Under the pieces are notes generated by a model, which saw only the letters and a program-made list of their open reading frames with translations, did not search any database and was not told the DNA's origin. From Candidatus Aenigmatarchaeota archaeon (GTDB lineage: Archaea; Aenigmatarchaeota; Aenigmatarchaeia; QMZP01), in NCBI GenBank assembly GCA_026397335.1, contig JAPLVB010000011.1, positions 1-46,981 on the forward strand: 46,981 nt of DNA. The letters are read 5' to 3'. Position numbers and translations under genes: made by a program. This document shows positions 30,502 through 39,391 of the stretch, in pieces. Position 1 is the stretch's first letter. The number at the start of each line of letters is the position of its first letter.

Positions 30502-31044
30502 ATGAAATCCGGGAGTATCCAAATGAAAACCAACGGGAGCAACACATCCTTAAAAGGAATAACTATTTTTTTGTTTTCCGAGAAAGACTACGCCAGAAAA
30601 ATGGAGAATATAATGCTTTCCACCTCTTCTGCCTTCAGCAGGATATGCTACGTTTCCCTCAACAAGCCCTACTCAGTCATTTCAGAATCACTAAAAAAAC
30701 AAGGAATCGACACAAAAAAGTTCTTTTTCATAGACTGCACTGAAAACCACGCGGATGAAAAGGCAGGCCAGGTGGTTAATGTCTCCTCCCCGAAGGCCCT
30801 CACGGAAATGAGCATAACAATAGGGAAGGTCCTGGAACTTGGAAAAATAGAGGCCATGGTTTTCGACTCCCTCTCCACGCTCCTCGTTTACGAAGACCCC
30901 TCCACCGTGGTGAAGTTCACGCACTCCCTCATATCCTCTCTAAGAGGCAAGAAAGTGTCAGGCGTTCTTGTGTGCCTGGAAGGCGGGAAAGGCACGGGGT
31001 TGATCAAGGACATATCCATGTTCGCTGACAGGGTGGTGAGATAA
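30502..31044 (+). CDS. KaiC/RecA-fold protein lacking the Walker A P-loop (MEDS-like)
   Basis: Aligns to the KaiC-like gene at 45327-46004 (ICYVSLN versus CCYVSLN; MVFDSLSTLL). Where KaiC has VSGGPGTGKT, this protein has FLFSEKDYARK. Confidence 0.6.
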   Translation: MKSGSIQMKTNGSNTSLKGITIFLFSEKDYARKMENIMLSTSSAFSRICYVSLNKPYSVISESLKKQGIDTKKFFFIDCTENHADEKAGQVVNVSSPKALTEMSITIGKVLELGKIEAMVFDSLSTLLVYEDPSTVVKFTHSLISSLRGKKVSGVLVCLEGGKGTGLIKDISMFADRVVR

Positions 31045-31070
31045 CGGGCAAAAAGAACGAAGATGCGGCG

Positions 31071-33161
31071 GTGCAAAGGAATGGATTATCTCTGCAAAGC
31101 GAGGACAAGTTCAGGGCAATCTTTGAGGGAACGAATGATGGGATACTTGTAGCTGATGGCAAAACAAGGAAATTCATTCTCGCGAATTCCAGGATATGCG
31201 AAATAACAGGCTACTCCCAGGAGGAACTGCTCAAATTAAACGTGAACAGCATACATCCCAAAAAAGACTTGCCTCACGTAATCAGCGAGTTCACGAAACT
31301 GCTGCAGAAAAAAATAATCACTGCAAAAGGCATACCCGTGCTGAGAAAAGGCAAAGGAGTGGTTTACTGCGATATCAATTCCAAGATTGTAAAAATCGGC
31401 GGCCGGGAATGCCTAGTGGGATTTTTCAGGGACATAACCGAGCGCAAACAGATGGAGGATGAGTTACGAAAAAGCGAGCAAAAGCACAGGTTCCTAATGG
31501 ACAACATAGACGAAATCGTTCTTATAATCAGCAAAACAGGCAATATCGTCTTTGCCAATAACAAGGCACTGAAAACCTTCGGATATTCCAGCGAGGAGAT
31601 AATAGGCAAGTCCATCGTGAGTTTCCTGACTAAAAGATCAATCAAGAAGGCAATGTACGCGCTTGCACAGGAGTTCATGGGGAAGCACCAGGCCGAAATG
31701 GATGTTGAAGCCAGGACAAAATCAGGGGAAATCCGGACACTGGGCGTTGCACCGTCATCGATTCCGGTTTACGAGAAGGGCAAAATGGTAGGCATACAGG
31801 TGAACTGCAGCGACATAACCGAGCGCATGAAGGCGGAGGAAGCGCTCAGGGAAAGGGAGGAAATGTACAGGCTGCAGTTCGAAGAGGCAATTGACGCCAT
31901 TTTCATAGCAGATGCAAAGACGGGGATACTGGTAAACTGCAACCGGGCGGCAACAAGGCTGGTCGAGAGGGACAAATCAGAGATTATAGGCCAGCACCAG
32001 AGCATACTTCACCCCCCGGAAAAAACCAGGGGAGAATTCACCAACACCTTCAAAAAGCACATGAAAGAAGCCGAAGGCCAGACCCTGGAAGCCAAGGTCA
32101 TAACCAAAAGCGGCAAACTGAAGGACGTTGCAATAAAGGCCAACTTCATCGAACTGGGCGGGAAAAAATACCTTCACGGCATATTCAGCGACATCACTGA
32201 GCGCATGAAGGCGGATGAGGCTGTAAAGCAGAGCGAGCAGAAGCTTTCCCAGATAATACAGGGAAGCTCTGTTGCAACCTTCGTGATAGACAAGAACCAT
32301 AAAGTTATTTACTGGAACAGCGCATGCAAAAACCTGACAGGAATCCCGGCAGAAAGGATGATAGGGAAGGACGTCCAATGGTCGGCATTTTACAAGGAGA
32401 AGAGGTCGCTGCTGGCAGACCTGATAGTTGATGGCGCAAAGGAAAGCGAGATAAATAAGCTTTATGAAGGCACGTCCAGGAAATCCCAAGTCCTTCAAGG
32501 GGCATACGAGGCAGAGAGATTCTTACCGAAGCTTGGCAAAAGCGGCAGATGGCTTTTGTTCACTGCAGCACCCCTGAAAAACAGCAAAGGCCAGATAACA
32601 GGGGCAATCGAAACACTCCAGGACATAACAGAGAGGAAGGGCGTGGAAGAGGAGCTTAAAGAAAGCGAGGAACGGCACAGGATACTGTATGAATCCTCCT
32701 GGGATGCGATCATGACGCTTGCACCTCCGAGCTGGCTTTTCACTTCAGGAAACCCGGCTACAGTAAAGCTGTTCGGCGCAAGGAGCGAGAAGGAATTCAT
32801 CACCAAGGGGCTCTGGGACGTTTCGCCGGAATGTCAGCCTGACGGGATTCCCTCTTCAGACAAATCCAAGAAGATGATTGAGAAGGCCATGAAAGAGGAC
32901 TCCAACTTCTTCGAATGGACCCACAAGAAGCTAAGCGGCGAAGACTTTCCCGCGACAGTCCTGCTCACCAGAATGAAGATTAAGGACCAGACATTCCTGC
33001 AGGCGACCGTAAGAGACATAACAGAGCAGAAGAAAGCCGAGGAGGAGCTCAAGTCAAAAGTCGAAGAGCTGGAGAGGTTCAACAAGCTTGCAGTGGGAAG
33101 GGAGCTCAAGATGATTGAACTGAAGAAGAGGATTGGGGAGCTGGAAAAGGCAGGAAAATAA
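31071..33161 (+). CDS. 696-aa cytoplasmic sensor with five PAS domains and no enzymatic output domain
   Basis: Five units each end in DITE[RQ]K-x-[AMV]E[ED]-L. The C-terminus is KVEELERFNKLAVGRELKMIELKKRIGELE. GTG start. Confidence 0.8.
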   Translation: MQRNGLSLQSEDKFRAIFEGTNDGILVADGKTRKFILANSRICEITGYSQEELLKLNVNSIHPKKDLPHVISEFTKLLQKKIITAKGIPVLRKGKGVVYCDINSKIVKIGGRECLVGFFRDITERKQMEDELRKSEQKHRFLMDNIDEIVLIISKTGNIVFANNKALKTFGYSSEEIIGKSIVSFLTKRSIKKAMYALAQEFMGKHQAEMDVEARTKSGEIRTLGVAPSSIPVYEKGKMVGIQVNCSDITERMKAEEALREREEMYRLQFEEAIDAIFIADAKTGILVNCNRAATRLVERDKSEIIGQHQSILHPPEKTRGEFTNTFKKHMKEAEGQTLEAKVITKSGKLKDVAIKANFIELGGKKYLHGIFSDITERMKADEAVKQSEQKLSQIIQGSSVATFVIDKNHKVIYWNSACKNLTGIPAERMIGKDVQWSAFYKEKRSLLADLIVDGAKESEINKLYEGTSRKSQVLQGAYEAERFLPKLGKSGRWLLFTAAPLKNSKGQITGAIETLQDITERKGVEEELKESEERHRILYESSWDAIMTLAPPSWLFTSGNPATVKLFGARSEKEFITKGLWDVSPECQPDGIPSSDKSKKMIEKAMKEDSNFFEWTHKKLSGEDFPATVLLTRMKIKDQTFLQATVRDITEQKKAEEELKSKVEELERFNKLAVGRELKMIELKKRIGELEKAGK

Positions 33162-33173
33162 AGGAGGGATGGC

Positions 33174-34181
33174 ATGTTAAAATGCAGGATTGGTTTCATG
33201 CAGAAAATGCTGCTCGCAACTTTATTGATTGCGGTTCTGTTCCTGAGCGGTTGCACAACGCAAACAGGGAAGGTTTACCATGTGGGCATCCTGTCTGGCC
33301 TGGACGCTTTGTCCGGCATAGCCGATAGCTTTAAGGCCAAAATGACAGAGTTAGGCTATATAGAGGGTAAAAATATTGTTTATGATATACAGAAGACAAA
33401 CTTTGAGCCTGATAAAGAGCAGCAAATTCTCAAGAAATTTGTAGACGATAAGGTTGACTTGATTTTCACGTTCCCCACTGAGCCGGCTGTAGCAGCCAAG
33501 GCGGCTACCCAGGGAACAGGAATTCCTGTGGTTTTTTCCTTCGCTACAATAGAAGATAATAATCTTGTAGATAGTGTGCGCCAGCCTGGCGGGAACATAA
33601 CTGGCGTGCGGGAGCCTGGTCCAGACATTTTTGTCAAGCGCTTGGAGATTTTACATGAGTTGGCGCCTCAGGCCAAACGAGTTTATATAACTTATAACCC
33701 AAATGCCCCTCCTGTCCCGCCAGCGCTTGATGTATTGCGTAAGGCAGCTCCTCTAATGAATGTAACATTAGTGGAGAATCCTGTTGCAACCGTGGAAGAG
33801 ATTGAGACTGATTTGCAGGCGCGAAACAAATCAGCTGATATTGGCATGGACGCCATACTAATGATGGGTGAACCTCTTTCTGTCTCGCCTCCTGCTCTTG
33901 AAGCAATGACTAAGTTTGCAACCGAACACAAGATACCCATTGGAGGAGTTGGAAGTTACACAATCAGAGGGAGTATTGTTTTTAGTTATGAGATTGTGCT
34001 TGATGATATGGGTAAGCTGGCTGCCCCTCTCACCGACAAAATCCTCAAAGGCACACCGGCCGGCACCATCCCAGTCGTCACACCCGAGGCAAAGTTGCTG
34101 ATCAATTACAAACTGGCTAAAGAGCTGAATCTGACAGTGAGCGAAGGCCTGCTGGCCCGTGCGGATGAAATAATTCGTTAG
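33174..34181 (+). CDS. lipoprotein, ABC-type substrate-binding protein of the COG2984/ABC_sub_bind family (paralog 1)
   Basis: Lipobox-like LSGC. KVYHVGILSG..., KVDLIFTFPTEPA, GIPVVFS, PGGNITGV, and GTPAGTIPVV...LNLTVSEGLLARADEIIR. Confidence 0.8.
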   Translation: MLKCRIGFMQKMLLATLLIAVLFLSGCTTQTGKVYHVGILSGLDALSGIADSFKAKMTELGYIEGKNIVYDIQKTNFEPDKEQQILKKFVDDKVDLIFTFPTEPAVAAKAATQGTGIPVVFSFATIEDNNLVDSVRQPGGNITGVREPGPDIFVKRLEILHELAPQAKRVYITYNPNAPPVPPALDVLRKAAPLMNVTLVENPVATVEEIETDLQARNKSADIGMDAILMMGEPLSVSPPALEAMTKFATEHKIPIGGVGSYTIRGSIVFSYEIVLDDMGKLAAPLTDKILKGTPAGTIPVVTPEAKLLINYKLAKELNLTVSEGLLARADEIIR

Positions 34182-34194
34182 AGAGGTGATAAGA

Positions 34195-35208
34195 ATGGTT
34201 AGAGATAAAAGAATGGGATTTGGATTGCAGGCAGTTCTTGCATCCTTGCTGGTTGCAGTCATTTTTCTTGGAGGCTGCACCACCACACAGAATGAGAAGG
34301 TTTATCATGTCGGGGTCCTGTCCGGCCTGAGTTTTGTTGCCGACATAACGGACGGCTTAAAGGCCAAGATGACCGAGCTAGGCTACACAGAGGGAAAGAA
34401 CATAGTCTATGACGTGCAGGAAACGAACGTTGACCCGGCCGCGTACCGGCAAGTCCTCAATAAATTCGTAGCCAATAAGGTGGACTTGATTCTCGCGTTT
34501 CCCACTGAGGTCGCTCTAGAGGCTAAAGCAGCCACCCAAGGGATAGGCATCCCCGTGGTTTTTGCCAATGCCGTTATAGAAAATACAGGCCTGGTCAATA
34601 GCGTGCGCGAGCCGGGAGGGAACATCACGGGCGTGCGCTTCTCAACCTCGGACCTTGCGTTACGGCGTTTTGAAATCTTGCACGAGCTAGCGCCGCATGC
34701 CAAGCAGATGTGGATACCATATCAGCGGGGTTATCCCATCGTAGCCAGCCAGTTAGGGGCATTGCAACCAGTAGCGGCATCAGCGGGAGTAACAATGATA
34801 GAGGTCCCAGCCGACAATGCAACAGAACTTGAGACTAATTTGCAGACGCGCGTGAAATCGTCTGATATTAGCTCCGATGCCATATTATGTATAGTTGAAC
34901 CTCTTATGACGATGCCCGATACCCTTGCGGTCCTCGGTAAGTTTGCAGCTGAACACAAATTGCCGATTGGTGGTTGTCCAATATCGAATAATAGTAGCGG
35001 ATCGATTTTTATGACGGCGCCTGACAATGTTGACGTCGGCAAGCTCGCTGCATCCATAGCCGACAAAATCCTCAAAGGCACCCCGGCCGGCACAATCCCG
35101 GTTGTCACACCCGAGTCAAGACTACGAATAAATTATAAAGTGATTCAAGAACTGGGACTGAACGTCAGCGAGGGCCTGCTGAACAGGGCAGATGAGATAA
35201 TCCGTTAG
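34195..35208 (+). CDS. lipoprotein SBP, COG2984 family (paralog 2)
   Basis: Same motifs, lipobox LGGC. I prefer the ATG at 34195, which has GAGGTGAT upstream as in paralog 3. The track starts at the GTG at 34186. Confidence 0.8.
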   Translation: MVRDKRMGFGLQAVLASLLVAVIFLGGCTTTQNEKVYHVGVLSGLSFVADITDGLKAKMTELGYTEGKNIVYDVQETNVDPAAYRQVLNKFVANKVDLILAFPTEVALEAKAATQGIGIPVVFANAVIENTGLVNSVREPGGNITGVRFSTSDLALRRFEILHELAPHAKQMWIPYQRGYPIVASQLGALQPVAASAGVTMIEVPADNATELETNLQTRVKSSDISSDAILCIVEPLMTMPDTLAVLGKFAAEHKLPIGGCPISNNSSGSIFMTAPDNVDVGKLAASIADKILKGTPAGTIPVVTPESRLRINYKVIQELGLNVSEGLLNRADEIIR

Positions 35209-35222
35209 AGAGGTGATAGGAA

Positions 35223-36236
35223 ATGATTAGAAATAAAAGAACGGGATTCGGATTGCAAGCAGTTCTTGCATCCTTGCTGGTTGCAGTCATTTTTCTTGGA
35301 GGCTGCACCACCACACAGAATGAGAAGGTTTATCATGTCGGGGTCCTGTCAGGCCTGAGTTTTGTTGCCGACATAACGGACGGCTTAAAGGCCAAGATGA
35401 CCGAGCTAGGCTACACAGAGGGAAAGAACATAGTCTATGACGTGCAGAAAATGGACTTTGACATGGTTGCATACAGGAGCGCACTCAACAAATTCGTGGA
35501 TGACAAAGTCGACGTGATTGTCGTGTTTCCCACAGAGGCGTCCATGGAGGCAAAAAAAGCCACAGAAGGAACAGGCACCCCCGTGGTTTTCACCTTTGCC
35601 CTCATAGAAGGGATGGGCCTCGTAGACAGCATACGTGAACCAGGCGGAAACATAACCGGCGTGCGCTATCCCGGCCCGGACATCGTGCTCAAGCGTTTTG
35701 AGATCATGCACGAGATGGTGCCGCAGGCCAAACGATTCTTGGTTCCCTATCAGCGCGGTTACCCCATCGTTGACCCCCAGTTAGAGGCGCTGCGCCCAGC
35801 TGCTGAAGCAGCAGGTATAACGCTGGTAGAGCTTCCCGCCAGCAACGCAACAGAACTTCAAGCCTACCTTGATCCGCGAAACAAATCGGCCGATGCGGGC
35901 TTCGATGCCATCCTGATAATAGTCGAACCTCTGGCCGTGACGCCTGACGCCTTCGGAGCGCTTGGCAAGTTTGCGTATGAGCATAAGCTGCCGATTGGCG
36001 GAGCCCTGATGGCAGCGGGGGATTATAAATCCATCTTTGGCGTAAACGTCAATGACATTGCGGTTGGCAGGCAGACCGCACCTCTGGTCGACAAAGTTCT
36101 CAGAGGGACCCCAGCTGGCACCATACCAGTTGTCTCAGCAGACAGCTATTTCCAGATTAATTACAAAGCAGCTCAGGCATTCGGCCTGAACGTGAGCGAG
36201 GGCCTGCTGGCCAGGGCGGACGAGATAATACGATAG
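35223..36236 (+). CDS. lipoprotein SBP, COG2984 family (paralog 3)
   Basis: Same motifs. The first ~75 codons are nearly identical in DNA to paralog 2. Confidence 0.8.
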   Translation: MIRNKRTGFGLQAVLASLLVAVIFLGGCTTTQNEKVYHVGVLSGLSFVADITDGLKAKMTELGYTEGKNIVYDVQKMDFDMVAYRSALNKFVDDKVDVIVVFPTEASMEAKKATEGTGTPVVFTFALIEGMGLVDSIREPGGNITGVRYPGPDIVLKRFEIMHEMVPQAKRFLVPYQRGYPIVDPQLEALRPAAEAAGITLVELPASNATELQAYLDPRNKSADAGFDAILIIVEPLAVTPDAFGALGKFAYEHKLPIGGALMAAGDYKSIFGVNVNDIAVGRQTAPLVDKVLRGTPAGTIPVVSADSYFQINYKAAQAFGLNVSEGLLARADEIIR

Positions 36237-36256
36237 CCTCATGAAATCAGGATAAA

Positions 36257-37537
36257 ATGCCCACGCAGAATGAAGCGAAAAAGGGAAGGAATTTCCGCAG
36301 CCTCACGGTTACCTTAGCTCTCGCTTTCCTGGCGCTGAGCACGGTAGTCCTGCTGATTGCCAGCGGCCTGGAGCTGTATTTCAATTTCCAGACCCAGCAG
36401 CAGGTCATTGTCAGCCAGCAGCAGCTCATTGCCCAGGACGCAGCCAACACGGTAAAGAGCTTTGTCCAGGATAAATTCAGCATGATGGAGTCAACGGCCA
36501 GCATTAGCAGCATGGCTATTGAGAACCAGGAACAGCAGAAAAACGTCTTGGACAAGCTGCTTGGCCGCGAACCGTCGTTCCGCCAGCTTGTTCTGCTGGA
36601 TGCGCAAAACCGGAAACTAGCGGAAGTTTCGCGCCTGTCGCAATCTGCTTCCAGAATAGACAGCAGGCTGGACAGCAATTTGTTCGCCCAGATACAAGAC
36701 GGTGAAAAATACGTCAGTTCGGTATACATAGACAATATCACAAGCGAGCCCATGATGATAATGACCGTTCCAGTCAAGGACATCTTTGGGGATTTAAAGG
36801 GGACCCTGGTTGCCGAAGTGAACCTGAAATTCATGTGGGACCTAGTGGGCAGGATAAAGATTGGCGATAAAGGCGTGGCCTATGTGGTTGACAGGCAGGG
36901 CGATCTGATAGCTTTTGGCGACATCAGCCGCGTTTTAAGGGGAGAAAATCTAATCCACCTGGAAAAGGTAAACGATTTTGTCAGCAGCAAGGGATTGATT
37001 ATCACGGGCGAATCCGGGACATCAAAGGGCATCCAGGGCAATTCAGTAATAGCCAACTATGCACCTCTTGGCATGCCCGACTGGGCGGTTGTGGTTGAAT
37101 TGCCGGTCGAGGAGGCATACCAGGCTGTAGCCCAGGGGGTTGTAATGTCAGCATTGATTATGCTTCTGGGCATTTTCCTGGCCGTCGTGGCAGGCATCTA
37201 TCTCTCAAGAAGAATCACAAGGCCGATAATAGGCCTGAGGGATGCCGCAATAAAAATAGGCCAGGGCGCACTGGACACGCAGATAGAAGTCAAGTCAAGG
37301 AATGAGATAGGGGACCTGGCAAGCGCTTTCAGGCAGATGATGGATGACCTGAAGAAATCCAGGGCAAAGCTGGAGCATCACCAGCAGGAGCTTGAGAAGA
37401 ATGTGGACGAGAGGACAAAGGAGCTGCAGGCAAAGGTCGAAGAGCTGCAAAAATTCAACAGGCTTGCGGTGGGCAGGGAGCTCAGGATGATAGAGCTGAA
37501 GAAGAGGATCAGGGAGCTGGAAAGTAAGCGCCGATAG
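36257..37537 (+). CDS. membrane sensor: TM, Cache-like extracytoplasmic domain, TM, HAMP, coiled coil; no output domain
   Basis: Two TM helices flank about 270 aa. The HAMP region is ITRPIIGLRDAA...EIGDLASAFRQMMDDL. The C-terminus is KVEELQKFNRLAVGRELRMIELKKRIRELE. Confidence 0.75.
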   Translation: MPTQNEAKKGRNFRSLTVTLALAFLALSTVVLLIASGLELYFNFQTQQQVIVSQQQLIAQDAANTVKSFVQDKFSMMESTASISSMAIENQEQQKNVLDKLLGREPSFRQLVLLDAQNRKLAEVSRLSQSASRIDSRLDSNLFAQIQDGEKYVSSVYIDNITSEPMMIMTVPVKDIFGDLKGTLVAEVNLKFMWDLVGRIKIGDKGVAYVVDRQGDLIAFGDISRVLRGENLIHLEKVNDFVSSKGLIITGESGTSKGIQGNSVIANYAPLGMPDWAVVVELPVEEAYQAVAQGVVMSALIMLLGIFLAVVAGIYLSRRITRPIIGLRDAAIKIGQGALDTQIEVKSRNEIGDLASAFRQMMDDLKKSRAKLEHHQQELEKNVDERTKELQAKVEELQKFNRLAVGRELRMIELKKRIRELESKRR

Positions 37538-37554
37538 AAAGGGGAAATGAGAAA

Positions 37555-39381
37555 ATGAAAATAGGAATAAAAATATTATCTGTTATTTTGATAATGTCAC
37601 TCATACCTTTAGTCATTATACAATATCTTTCAATTCTTACTATTGAAGATGTGAGTTCTTCTATGAATTCTGAACAAAACAGAATGGACGTTGTGATAAC
37701 CAATTATACGATAGATGCACTTGAAGACCTAGGAAAGGAAATTATAAAGCAAAAGGCGATAGATGTAGCAAAACAAGTAGAAATATACATTAGATATCAC
37801 CCTAATATGACCTTGCAGGATTTGAAGAATGATGAAAGATTCAGGGAAATATCAGTTCAGCCTGTTGGAGAGACAGGATATACCGCTATTGTTGATGCTA
37901 ATCAGTTCGTTATAATACTTCATAAATTTCCTGGCCAGGAAGGTAAGGATCTGACTAAACTTAAAGATAGCTTACCTTCGTTCTGGAAAGTTATTGAACC
38001 TTCGGCTGGCGGCAAGCAGAGTTCAGGTTACTATGACTGGAAAGAACTTGACAATTCAACCAGGAAGAAATATGCATTTATCGAGCCAATTAATGCTACA
38101 ACAGCGGATGGGAAGCGCGGGCTAACTTTATGGGCAACCACCTACATAGATGAATTTTCAAAACCCATGTCAGATATCATTGAAAAAATCCAGTTGTCTA
38201 AAAACGAAACAACCGAGAAAATTAAAACTTTAGGAAATCAGTCCCTAAGCACATCTTTATTGATATTCTCTATTTTATCTATTATTGCCGCTGTGATTGG
38301 ATTTCTGTTAACAAAAACGCTATCCAATCCGATAATCAGATTAACAAATGCCAGTAATGAACTAGGAAAAGGAAACTTGGATGTTAAGGTTGATATAAAA
38401 AGCAAAGATGAGATAGGAATGCTGGCAAAGAGCTTCAACCAAATGGCCGCAGACCTTGAGAGGTCAAGGAATGAAATCAAGAAGCACAGCGAAGAGCTGG
38501 AGAAGGTCGTGTCGGACAGGACAGGAGAGCTTGACACCAAGTTAAGAGAGCTTGGAGACAACAGGACCGCGATCCTGAACATGATGGAAGACTCGGAGGA
38601 GGCAAACAGGCAGCTAATGAAGGTGCAGAAAGAGCTCAAGAAAGCTGTGGATGAGCTGAAGAAGACGGACGTGAAGAAGGATGAGTTCATATCAATTACC
38701 GCGCATGAGTTCAAGACGCCCCTTACTGCGATACACGGCTTCGCCCAGCTGCTGCAGGGAAAGAAGATTGACCGGGAGTCAATGCAGAAATACCTGAGGA
38801 TAATGATGGAGGAGACCGACAGGCTCGCGAAACTCGTCACGGAGATACTTGACCTCTCGAGAATGGACCTGGGGACATTCAAGTTCAACTTCGAGGCAGC
38901 TGATTTGGCAAAGCTTGTTGATGATGTCAGCAATGAGATTAAGGAGATTGCGGGCAAAAAGGGGCTGAAACTGCGATACTCAATATCCCCCGGCGTCCCC
39001 AAGCAGATAACAACTGATCCGGAAAGGCTCAGGCAGGTACTAATAAACCTGGTTATAAATGCTGTCAAGTACACTCCCAAGGGCAGTATAGAGCTGAAAG
39101 TAGCTAAAGAGCATGGAGAGCTGAAATTCAGCGTGAAGGACACCGGAATAGGCATCCCGAAGGAGGAGATTCCCAAGCTTTTCCACAGATTTTACCAGAT
39201 AGATTCCTCCTATACGAGGGAAACAAAAGGAAGCGGCCTGGGGCTTGCCCTGTGCAAGGAGATTGTGCAGGGCATGGGGGGAAAGATATGGATGGAGAGC
39301 GAGGCCGGCAGGGGCTCGACCTTCCATTTCACGCTCCCGTTTAAACCTAAAATAAATAGGGGCCAAGCCAATAAATTATAA
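37555..39381 (+). CDS. sensor histidine kinase (TM, extracytoplasmic domain, TM, HAMP, HisKA, HATPase_c)
   Basis: H-box SITAHEFKTPLTAI, N-box NLVINAVKYTP, G1 DTGIGI, G2 GSGLGLALC. Confidence 0.9.
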   Translation: MKIGIKILSVILIMSLIPLVIIQYLSILTIEDVSSSMNSEQNRMDVVITNYTIDALEDLGKEIIKQKAIDVAKQVEIYIRYHPNMTLQDLKNDERFREISVQPVGETGYTAIVDANQFVIILHKFPGQEGKDLTKLKDSLPSFWKVIEPSAGGKQSSGYYDWKELDNSTRKKYAFIEPINATTADGKRGLTLWATTYIDEFSKPMSDIIEKIQLSKNETTEKIKTLGNQSLSTSLLIFSILSIIAAVIGFLLTKTLSNPIIRLTNASNELGKGNLDVKVDIKSKDEIGMLAKSFNQMAADLERSRNEIKKHSEELEKVVSDRTGELDTKLRELGDNRTAILNMMEDSEEANRQLMKVQKELKKAVDELKKTDVKKDEFISITAHEFKTPLTAIHGFAQLLQGKKIDRESMQKYLRIMMEETDRLAKLVTEILDLSRMDLGTFKFNFEAADLAKLVDDVSNEIKEIAGKKGLKLRYSISPGVPKQITTDPERLRQVLINLVINAVKYTPKGSIELKVAKEHGELKFSVKDTGIGIPKEEIPKLFHRFYQIDSSYTRETKGSGLGLALCKEIVQGMGGKIWMESEAGRGSTFHFTLPFKPKINRGQANKL

Positions 39382-39391
39382 AGGAGTTTAT

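Noticed and set aside
38238-39176. 312-aa minus-strand ORF inside the histidine kinase gene
   Set aside because: It is an antisense, Ser/Leu/Phe-rich low-complexity ORF. The plus-strand frame carries complete H, N, G1 and G2 kinase boxes.
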